Assembly (NCBI GenBank): GCA_042216675.1
Contig: JBDGTS010000038.1
Location: 1-15,127 of the forward strand
Direction: 5' to 3'
Origin: Halobacteriaceae archaeon
GTDB lineage: Archaea > Halobacteriota > Halobacteria > Halobacteriales > Halobacteriaceae
Length of the DNA: 15,127 bases
The position numbers were made by a program, and so were the translations under genes. Of the stretch, positions 1-6,957 are shown in pieces (within the stretch, counting starts at the first letter, position 1; every line of letters starts with the position of its first letter). The notes beneath the pieces were generated by a model. It searched no databases, was not told the DNA's origin, and saw only the letters and a list, made by a program, of their open reading frames with translations.

Positions 1-117
1 CTGAGCGACTGGGGGCGACGCGTCGCGAGCTGGACGTGGTTCCGAGTGGCGAATCGCCTCTCGTACGCCAGCCAGACCCGAATCCGGCGGGTTGCGAACT
101 CCCGGCACGCGCCCTGA
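1..117 (+). CDS. Probable 3' end of an upstream gene (partial, product unknown)
   Basis: Frame +1 is open from base 1 to TGA at 115-117 (LSDWGRRVASWTWFRVANRLSYASQTRIRRVANSRHAP*). It ends 4 nt from the convergent stop at 122. No diagnostic motif is visible. Confidence 0.35.
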   Translation: MSDWGRRVASWTWFRVANRLSYASQTRIRRVANSRHAP

Positions 118-121
118 CGGC

Positions 122-1060
122 CTACTTGTAGCCGAGCGCTTCGAGGCGGTCCTCGACGCCGCCCTCGCTCTCCTGTTCGACCGCCGTGTCGGGGTCGTAG
201 TCCCGTGTTCGCTCGGCGCTCGTCGTCACCCACGGCACCTCTCTGAGCGGCGACAGGCAGAGCCCGCCCGGATGGCCGTAGACGCCGTACTCGCCGAGGG
301 CGTTGCCGTGGTCGGCCGTGATGGCCACCGTGTCCGCGTCGATGGACTCCAGCAGGAGCGACACGTCGTCGAGGACGGTCCGAAGGTTTTCGCGGTACCC
401 GGACCACACGTCGTCGCGTGTCACCGTCCCGTCGCGGAGGAGCGTCCAGACGTTCGTCTCCGTCGCCGCGCCCCAGTTATCCAGCGAGAGACCGTGTTCG
501 GGCAAGTCGGCGTCGATGAAGGGGTAGTGCGGTTGCATGTAGTGGACGACGAGCCGTTCGGCGTCGCCGTCGCGCCAGCGCTCGATGGCCCGGTCGGTGA
601 GCGGCCGGGGGCGAATCGTTCCCGCGTCGTCGTCCCACGCGGTGCGCCACAGTTCGTCGACGGCCGCGAAAGCCGACGCGTCCACGTCCGACTCGCTGAA
701 CGGGTTGCCGGTGACGTACACCGTCTCGGCCGTCTCGTCGGCGTGGGCGTCGTCGAAGGTGTTGGTCAGCCACTCGGCTGACGTGCTCCCGACGGACCAC
801 CGGGCGTCCATCTCGTCGAGGAAGGCGTACTCGTCTTGTACCTCCGCCATGAGGTCCGTCCGGCACGCGTCCAGAATCAGGAGGACGTCCCAGTCGTCGT
901 CGTAGACGTTGTCGCCGCGGTCACCGCCGAACAGCGAACAGCCGACCCGGAGCGCCGACTCCCAGCCGTAGAAAGCGGCCTCGCGGGCGGCTTTCCGAAC
1001 CCCGTCCTCGCGGAGAATCTCCAGCCCGGACCGGAGCGCCGACCGAACCGAGTCTGCCAT
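122..1060 (-). CDS. Alkaline phosphatase/sulfatase-superfamily (AlkP core) protein
   Basis: Metal-binding motifs ILDACR, HYMQPHYPF and ITADHG(N), putative nucleophile region SVGSTS, and the C-terminal EDRLEALGY tail common in haloarchaeal sulfatase-like proteins. Confidence 0.85.
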   Translation of the reverse strand: MADSVRSALRSGLEILREDGVRKAAREAAFYGWESALRVGCSLFGGDRGDNVYDDDWDVLLILDACRTDLMAEVQDEYAFLDEMDARWSVGSTSAEWLTNTFDDAHADETAETVYVTGNPFSESDVDASAFAAVDELWRTAWDDDAGTIRPRPLTDRAIERWRDGDAERLVVHYMQPHYPFIDADLPEHGLSLDNWGAATETNVWTLLRDGTVTRDDVWSGYRENLRTVLDDVSLLLESIDADTVAITADHGNALGEYGVYGHPGGLCLSPLREVPWVTTSAERTRDYDPDTAVEQESEGGVEDRLEALGYK

Positions 1061-1110
1061 GGCCCCGAGGTTCCCCGGTCAGCGTCAAAAGTGGTTCGCA
1101 CTGCGTCGGC

Positions 1111-2253
1111 TCACTCGTAGGCCTCGCGCAGTTCCGCGTCCACGTCCCAGATGGCGCTCCCCTCGCCCCGGAGTAACTTCACGCTCGCCCGCAGGAGCGA
1201 CACCTGCGTGTCGAACAGGGCGTACCCGGCCTGAAGCGGGCCCAGCACCTCCCGGGAGCCGGCGGCGACGAACAGGCCGACGGCGACGGGGACCGCAAGC
1301 CCCGCCAGCCCAGCGACCGACACGCCCGCGGCCGTCGCGACGACGATGGTCAGCGCCAACAGCCACGGCGAGACGACCATGAACCACCAGTTGAAGGGCA
1401 ACACGAGTCGCCCGTAGTTGCCGTAGCCGCCGAGTGCGTCCCGGTGCTGAACGAGGAGGCGAATCAGCCCCATCGCGCGCCGGTCTTTCTGCTTGCGGCG
1501 CTTCCGGAACGCCGAGTGAGCGGCCTCCTTGTACCGGATGGCGGGGTCGAACAGCACGCGCTTCCCGCCGCGGCGAATCTTCAGGGCGAGTTCCGTGTCG
1601 TCGGCGATGGAGTCCGGGTCGATGGGCCGAATCTCGTCGTTCTCGAACGCCGAGAACGGGCCGTGGAAGATGAGCGTCGAGTCGAGGTGCGACTCCAACT
1701 GCTGGACGTACCCCTGCACGCCGCGGTAGCCCGCCTCCACGTCGCTCCCGCCCAGTACCTCCGCGTTGCGGCCCGTCACGGCCGCCACGTCGGGGTCGGC
1801 GAGGTTCGCGACGGCCTCTCTGAGGGCGCCGTCCGCGACCACGGAGTCACAGTCCGTCTTGACCACGACTTCGTTCTCGGCGGCGGCGTAGGCGTCGTTG
1901 AGCGCTGGCGCGAGGCCGCGGCGCTCGTCCTCCTCCAACAGCGTCAGACCGGGCGCGTCGCGCCCGTCGAAGAAGTCGCGGATGATGTCGCGGGTGTCGT
2001 CGTCGCTGGAGTCCACGACGACGACTTCCATCTTGTCGAGGGGGTAGTCGAGTTCACACAGGCCGTCGAGTTTCTGCTCCACGATGCGCTCCTCGTTGTA
2101 CGTCGGGAGGACGACGCTCACCGTCGGCTCTCGGGCCGCCTTCTCGGCCGGCGACCCCGACGGGCGCACCCACGCGTAGAGGGCCAGATACGCCACGTAC
2201 GGGGCGGCCGCGACGGTCAGCAACACGGCCGTCGCGACAACGAGGGGATTCAT
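1111..2253 (-). CDS. Membrane-bound family 2 glycosyltransferase (cellulose-synthase-like motif layout)
   Basis: VVLPTYNEE, VVVVDSSDD, DxD (TDCD), ADD and QKDRR motifs. One N-terminal and two to three C-terminal hydrophobic helices. Confidence 0.9.
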   Translation of the reverse strand: MNPLVVATAVLLTVAAAPYVAYLALYAWVRPSGSPAEKAAREPTVSVVLPTYNEERIVEQKLDGLCELDYPLDKMEVVVVDSSDDDTRDIIRDFFDGRDAPGLTLLEEDERRGLAPALNDAYAAAENEVVVKTDCDSVVADGALREAVANLADPDVAAVTGRNAEVLGGSDVEAGYRGVQGYVQQLESHLDSTLIFHGPFSAFENDEIRPIDPDSIADDTELALKIRRGGKRVLFDPAIRYKEAAHSAFRKRRKQKDRRAMGLIRLLVQHRDALGGYGNYGRLVLPFNWWFMVVSPWLLALTIVVATAAGVSVAGLAGLAVPVAVGLFVAAGSREVLGPLQAGYALFDTQVSLLRASVKLLRGEGSAIWDVDAELREAYE

Positions 2254-2276
2254 GGGCGAACGTAGGAGCGCCGGCC

Positions 2277-2284
2277 GTTAAAAC
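2277..2284 (-). promoter_or_regulatory. TATA box for the GT2 gene
   Basis: GTTTTAAC on the minus strand, about 25-30 nt upstream of the ATG at 2253, matching haloarchaeal leaderless spacing. Confidence 0.55.
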
Positions 2285-2350
2285 TCCTGTCGCTCGGGGC
2301 CCGACGGGAGCCGATACTGTTTTGCGCCCCACGCCTCCACGTCGCACGTA

Positions 2351-3259
2351 ATGGCCGACGATGGCGACGTCTGCGTGCTCATTCCGACCCTGAACGAGGA
2401 GGAGACTATCGGTTCCGTCGTCGACGGCTTTCGCGACCGGGGGCTGGAGAACGTGTTCGTCATCGACGGGCGGTCGACCGACGACACCCGCGCGGTGGCC
2501 CGCGACCACGGCGCCCGCGTCACCGTCCAGTCCGGGGCCGGCAAGGGCCAAGCGGTCCGCGAAGCCATCGACGACGTCGACGCCGAGTTCGTCCTCCTCG
2601 TGGACGGCGACGGCACCTACGACCCCGCCGACGCCGATGCGATGCTCGAACCGCTCCGGGAGGGGCGGGCCGAACACGTCATCGGCAACCGCTTCGCCGA
2701 CATGGCGCCCGACGCGATGTCGCGGCTCAACCGCTTCGGGAACCGCGTCATCGACCGCCTGTTCGCGGCGCTGTACGGCACGCCCACGATGGACATCCTC
2801 AGCGGCTACCGGGCGTTCACGCTCGACTCCATTCGGCGCCTCTCGCTCACCGCCGAGGGCTTCGGCATCGAGACGGAGATGGCCGCCGAGTGCGCCCGCC
2901 TCGGCGTCGCCACCGAAGTCGTTCCCATCAGTTACAGCGCCCGGCCCGACGGGTCCGCGACGAACCTCCGACCGTTCCGCGACGGGGGGCGCATCCTGCT
3001 CACGATGTTTCTGCGGACGAAGACGAGCAATCCGCTCGTCTACTTCGGCCTCGCCGGCGGCGCGTCGATGACTGTCGGGTCCCTCATCGCGGCCTACGTC
3101 GGCGTCGAGTGGGTGACCCGACAGGTCAGCCACGAGGTGATGGCCGTCGTCGCCGCCTTCGCCATCATCGTCGGCGTCCAACTGTTCATGTTCGGCGCGC
3201 TCTCGGACCTCATCGTCACGCTCCACCGCGAGCAACTGGACCGCATCGAGGACGACTGA
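2351..3259 (+). CDS. aglJ: S-layer glycoprotein N-glycosyltransferase AglJ (dolichol-phosphate hexosyltransferase, GT2)
   Basis: VCVLIPTLNEE, IDGRSTD, QSGAGKGQAV, LVDGDGTY, HVIGNRFADM, DILSGYRAF, GFGIETEM and NLRPFRDG motifs, two C-terminal TM helices, 302 aa. Matches recalled haloarchaeal AglJ. Confidence 0.85.
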   Translation: MADDGDVCVLIPTLNEEETIGSVVDGFRDRGLENVFVIDGRSTDDTRAVARDHGARVTVQSGAGKGQAVREAIDDVDAEFVLLVDGDGTYDPADADAMLEPLREGRAEHVIGNRFADMAPDAMSRLNRFGNRVIDRLFAALYGTPTMDILSGYRAFTLDSIRRLSLTAEGFGIETEMAAECARLGVATEVVPISYSARPDGSATNLRPFRDGGRILLTMFLRTKTSNPLVYFGLAGGASMTVGSLIAAYVGVEWVTRQVSHEVMAVVAAFAIIVGVQLFMFGALSDLIVTLHREQLDRIEDD

Positions 3260-3310
3260 GCCGAATTCCCCCGCCGGAACTGCCGGCCTGTCGCGTCCGC
3301 CCGGACTCGG

Positions 3311-3562
3311 CTACTCGGAGCGCTCTCTCTGTTCGATGATGTCGTTCGCCACGTCCGACACGTGCTGTCGATGAGCGGCGGTCGTCTGGACGGATTGCGC
3401 GGCGTCGAGTTGGTCGTTCACGACCGCGTTCTGCTGTGGTCCCCACACTTCGGGGGGCTCGGATTCGATGTATTCCACCCAGCGCTTGATGGCTTCGACG
3501 CGTCGCTCGCGGTTCTGCTCGTGTTTCGCGTTCAGGTCCTCACGCACGTTTGAGTCGGTCAT
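3311..3562 (-). CDS. Small helical hypothetical protein (83 aa), putative partner/antitoxin of the upstream nucleotidyltransferase-like gene
   Basis: ATG at 3562 gives MTDSNVREDL...AIKRWVEYIESEPPEVWGPQQNAVVNDQL... and overlaps the upstream ORF by 23 nt. The longer 3694 start lies inside the upstream gene and is unlikely. Confidence 0.7.
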   Translation of the reverse strand: MTDSNVREDLNAKHEQNRERRVEAIKRWVEYIESEPPEVWGPQQNAVVNDQLDAAQSVQTTAAHRQHVSDVANDIIEQRERSE

Positions 3563-3992
3563 ACTCGTTTTCGACGCCGAGGCGCGTTGCCCACTCGTTG
3601 AGACGCGAACCACTAAGGTCTTCCTCGAAGAGCGTGTAGAGGTGGACAGCGTCCTCCACGTCTTTCTGTGCGCCGAGTGAGAGTTTGTAGGCAATCTGGA
3701 GCTCCAAGGGGCCGATCGGAATCCGCTCGTCGCCGATTGCGGCCGTCATCGCATTGTCGATCGATGCCCGGTCGAACTCGTCGCGGACGAATTTCACCTC
3801 CAGATGGGGTGTGATTTGGTCCTCCGGAGCGACCCAGATGTTGTCGCCGTGGTCCAACAGCTCGTACATCGAGGAGAGCGGCATCGCCGGCCCCCAGAAC
3901 CCTTCTTCTTCGAGGGCAGTCGCGAGTTCGTCGAGGCGATTGGGCTCGCGTTCGACGACGAGGACGTCGTCTCGGAGCTCGATGCCGCTCAT
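3540..3992 (-). pseudogene. Archaeal nucleotidyltransferase-like protein (AbiEii/pol-beta superfamily), apparently internally deleted but still in frame
   Basis: C-terminal LEVKF...IGPLELQIAYKL.LGAQKDVEDAVHLY matches a recalled archaeal NTase family. The expected G-x-V-x-I-L-x-G-R-x-R-x-T-E-D-x-D segment is absent (NRLDELA joins directly to TALEEEGFW). The frame is open for 150 aa. Confidence 0.6.
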
Positions 3993-4015
3993 ACAGATAC
4001 ATCATCCGTGGCGCG

Positions 4016-4021
4016 AATAAA
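4016..4021 (-). promoter_or_regulatory. TATA box for the nucleotidyltransferase-like cassette
   Basis: TTTATT on the minus strand, about 25-30 nt upstream of the ATG at 3992. Confidence 0.5.
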
Positions 4022-4102
4022 TCGTCGGGTGCCGCTCGAACCCATGGGGACCGCTACTCACGATTCCGGCGATTGCGGGTATCGTAGCCGTGAGTCCCCG
4101 AA

Positions 4103-4762
4103 TTACAGCAACGCCCGGAGCGCACCCAGCATCGCCCGCGGGAAATTCCGGCGCGCGCCATCGAGCGCCGATTCGAGCGTCGCCGTCGCGTCCGCCATGA
4201 CGCCCTCGCCGTGTCCGACGAGGATGCGCTCGGGCGCCAGCGACCGGAGGCCGCGCGGGGGCGACAGGCGGAGGAACGGATGCACGCCGAGCGTCTCGGT
4301 CGCGGCGACGAAGTGGCCCGCCGTGCCCATCGCGTCGCCGACGACGAGCGTCTCGCCGTCGAACAGCGCCACCTCCCGCCAGCCCGGCACCGACACCGTC
4401 TCCACGAGGCGGTAGTCGGTGTCACCCACCGTCGAGTGGACGTACTCGACGGGCGCGTCCGGCGCGTAGGGCACCGAGGTGGGCACGTGTACAGCCACGT
4501 CGTGCCGGTTCGCGAGCGTCGCGGCGTCGCGGCCGTGCCGGTCCACCGTCACGACGACGCCCGCCACCTCGCCGTACTCGGCCAGTAGTTCGTCGAGACC
4601 GGGGGCGTCGAGCGGGTCGAGCAGCCACACCCCCTCGTCGGTGGCGAGGGCGTGGCTCGCCCGCCGCATCGTCTCCTCTGGGTGGGCGACCCAGCCCACG
4701 CCGCCGTCCCAGCGGTCGATGACTTCAAACTCCGTCGGGGTCCCGGACGCCTTGAACGGCAT
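4103..4762 (-). CDS. Conserved haloarchaeal hypothetical protein with a degenerate metallo-beta-lactamase-like fold (219 aa)
   Basis: Real start is ATG 4762 (MPFKASG...). Motifs WLLDPLD, VTVDRHGRD, VVGDA and ILVGHG. The upstream part of the 532-aa ORF is an antisense shadow of melA. Confidence 0.75.
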   Translation of the reverse strand: MPFKASGTPTEFEVIDRWDGGVGWVAHPEETMRRASHALATDEGVWLLDPLDAPGLDELLAEYGEVAGVVVTVDRHGRDAATLANRHDVAVHVPTSVPYAPDAPVEYVHSTVGDTDYRLVETVSVPGWREVALFDGETLVVGDAMGTAGHFVAATETLGVHPFLRLSPPRGLRSLAPERILVGHGEGVMADATATLESALDGARRNFPRAMLGALRALL

Positions 4763-4803
4763 AGGCGCCCTTCGGTCGGCGGCCCCATAACTCCGGGGCC
4801 GGC

Positions 4804-4812
4804 CTTTTATTG
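4804..4812 (+). promoter_or_regulatory. TATA box for the GH4 gene
   Basis: CTTTTATTG lies about 27 nt upstream of ATG 4835. Confidence 0.6.
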
Positions 4813-4834
4813 TGCCCCACCGCGACCCCGCGGT

Positions 4835-6169
4835 ATGGCTCGAATCTCCTTCATCGGCGCGGGGAGCGTCGTCTTCGCGCGGAACCTCCTCACGGACGTG
4901 CTGACGTTCCCGGAACTGCAGGACAGCACCATCTCGCTGATGGACGTGGACGAGGACCGCCTCGCCACCGTCACCGAGGTCATCGAGCGCACCGTCGACG
5001 AACACGACCTCGACGCCACCGTCGAGTCGACGACGGACCGGCGCGAATCGCTCGCCGACGCCGACTACGTCATCAACGCCATCCACGTCGGCGGACGCGA
5101 GCCGTTCGCGAACGAAATCGAGATTCCCCGCAAGTACGGCGTCGGACAGGCCGTCGGTGACACCCTCGGCCCGGGCGGGGTGTTCCGAGCGCTCCGGACG
5201 ATTCCGACGATGCTCGACGTCGCGCGGGACATGGAGGACCTGTGCCCCGACGCCCTCCTCCTCAACTACACGAACCCGATGGCGATGCTCTGCTGGGCCG
5301 TGGACGAGGCCACCGACGTCGACGTCATCGGCCTCTGTCACAGCGTGCCCCACACCGTCGAGGCCATCGCCGACTACGCTGACGTGCCCGCGGACGAACT
5401 CGAGTACTGGGTCGCCGGCATCAACCACATGGCGTGGTTCCTCGAAGCCGAACACGACGGCGAGAGCATCTATCCCGCCCTCCACGACGCCGCCGAGGAC
5501 CCCGACGTGTACGAGAAGGACAACGTGCGCTTCGAGATTCTGGAACACTTCGGCCACTTCGTCACCGAGTCCTCGAATCACATGAGCGAGTACGTGCCCT
5601 ACTTCCGCGACGACCCGGCCGTCCTCGACGACTACGTGGGGGACGTGGACTCGGAGTGGTACTTTGTGGACTGGATGGAGACGGGGGCGTACTTCGAGCA
5701 CTGGACCGAGTACAAGGCCGAGGCGGCCGAGCGAACGGCCGACGACTACGACACTGACTTAGAGCGCTCCGAGGAGTACGGCTCCCGGGTCATCCACTCG
5801 ATGGAGACGGGCGAGCGCCGGCGCATGAACGTCAACGTGCGGAACGACACCGGCGCCATCTCGAATCTCCCCGAGAACGCCTGCGTCGAGGTCCCCTGCC
5901 TCGTCGACGACAGGGGGGTCCACCCCTGCGGCGTCGGCGACCTGCCGCCGCAGTTGGCGGCGCTCAACCGGACGAACGTCAACGTGCAGGAACTCGCGGT
6001 GCGAGGCGCCCTCGACCACGACCCTGCGGCCGTGCGGCAGGCGCTCAAACTCGATCCGCTGACTGCGTCGGCGTGTACGCTCGACGAAATCGACGCGATG
6101 GCCGACGACCTGTTCGCGGCGAACGCCGACTACCTCGCCGACGAACTGGTGGCGAACGCCCAGTTCTAG
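4835..6169 (+). CDS. melA: NAD+/Mn2+-dependent family 4 glycoside hydrolase, alpha-galactosidase (MelA-like), 444 aa
   Basis: ISFIGAGS Rossmann motif, EIPRKYG, GDTLGPGG.FRALRTIP, LLNYTNPM, GLCHSV (catalytic Cys), GINHMAW, VTESS.H.SEY.PYF and VEVPC.V. ATG at 4835. Confidence 0.9.
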   Translation: MARISFIGAGSVVFARNLLTDVLTFPELQDSTISLMDVDEDRLATVTEVIERTVDEHDLDATVESTTDRRESLADADYVINAIHVGGREPFANEIEIPRKYGVGQAVGDTLGPGGVFRALRTIPTMLDVARDMEDLCPDALLLNYTNPMAMLCWAVDEATDVDVIGLCHSVPHTVEAIADYADVPADELEYWVAGINHMAWFLEAEHDGESIYPALHDAAEDPDVYEKDNVRFEILEHFGHFVTESSNHMSEYVPYFRDDPAVLDDYVGDVDSEWYFVDWMETGAYFEHWTEYKAEAAERTADDYDTDLERSEEYGSRVIHSMETGERRRMNVNVRNDTGAISNLPENACVEVPCLVDDRGVHPCGVGDLPPQLAALNRTNVNVQELAVRGALDHDPAAVRQALKLDPLTASACTLDEIDAMADDLFAANADYLADELVANAQF

Positions 6170-6468
6170 CCGAGGCGGTCGGTGTCGATGTCGACGCTCG
6201 GGGGCGCGACGACGAGGAATTCCCGAAAGTGCATCAGCGTCGCGCCCTTCTCCTTCACGTCACCGGCCCACGGCGAGGCGAGGTCGTTCAGGTCGCCCTC
6301 GATGGAGAGCAACAGGACCGCGCCGCCCATCACCTCGTTCACCCAGTCGCTCGCGGGCGTCGTGCCGTCCAGTACGCCGAGGACTACGCGGTCCTCGAAC
6401 TCCTCGGTCGCGATGTCCTCGATCTCCTCCTCGGCGCTCCGCAGATCGAGGTCGAAGCCGTCGCTCAT
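6166..6468 (-). CDS. DUF5779-like small acidic protein (possible SepF-like fold)
   Basis: MSDGFDLDLR...VVLGVLDG...L.IEGDL...HFREFLVVAPPSVDIDTDRL matches a recalled haloarchaeal family. Its stop overlaps the melA stop (CTAG). Confidence 0.75.
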   Translation of the reverse strand: MSDGFDLDLRSAEEEIEDIATEEFEDRVVLGVLDGTTPASDWVNEVMGGAVLLLSIEGDLNDLASPWAGDVKEKGATLMHFREFLVVAPPSVDIDTDRLG

Positions 6469-6509
6469 GTGTTTTCAACGGTGATGGGTCAGCATAAAAC
6501 CGCGGGTGC

Positions 6510-6920
6510 TCAGTCCTCTGCCGCGGCGGCGCGCCGGATGTCCTCCCACGCGTTCTCGCGTTCGAGGATTTCCTCGAGTTCGTCGGCGTAGTCGACCACG
6601 AGACGCTCCGCCTCCCGCTTGAGGGGGTCCTCGCCGTCGTCGCCGAGGCCGAGGGCGCTTTTCACGTCGTCGAGGACGCTCCCGCCCTCGTTGTCCGCCT
6701 GTCCGACCGCGTGCATCTCCGACACCACGTCGTCGAGATTCGAGGTGTCGGCGACGAGTTCGGCCTCGTCGGGGTCGTCGGGATTCTCGACGCGGAACGT
6801 CACGGCCGTCATCGCGAGGTCCCACTGCCGGCGTGAGAGTTCCGCGTCGCGCACGCGCTCCTCGAACTCTCTGTCGGCACGCAGGCGGTGACTCGCGAGG
6901 CGGTCCTGCCAGTCGCTCAT
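6510..6920 (-). CDS. DUF5799-like hypothetical protein
   Basis: MSDWQD...DREF.ERV....S..QW.L.MTAV.F.VENPDDP..A.LVADTS.L pattern of a recalled haloarchaeal family; acidic composition. Confidence 0.75.
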   Translation of the reverse strand: MSDWQDRLASHRLRADREFEERVRDAELSRRQWDLAMTAVTFRVENPDDPDEAELVADTSNLDDVVSEMHAVGQADNEGGSVLDDVKSALGLGDDGEDPLKREAERLVVDYADELEEILERENAWEDIRRAAAAED

Positions 6921-6957
6921 ACCGGACCGTCGTGGGGATGGGGCGTAAGCGTTCGCC

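Noticed and set aside
4763-5701. N-terminal ~313 aa of the 532-aa minus-strand ORF, which would suggest a fusion or overlapping gene
   Set aside because: It is an antisense shadow of melA, typical of high-GC codon usage. The protein-like part starts at ATG 4762 with its own TATA-like element.
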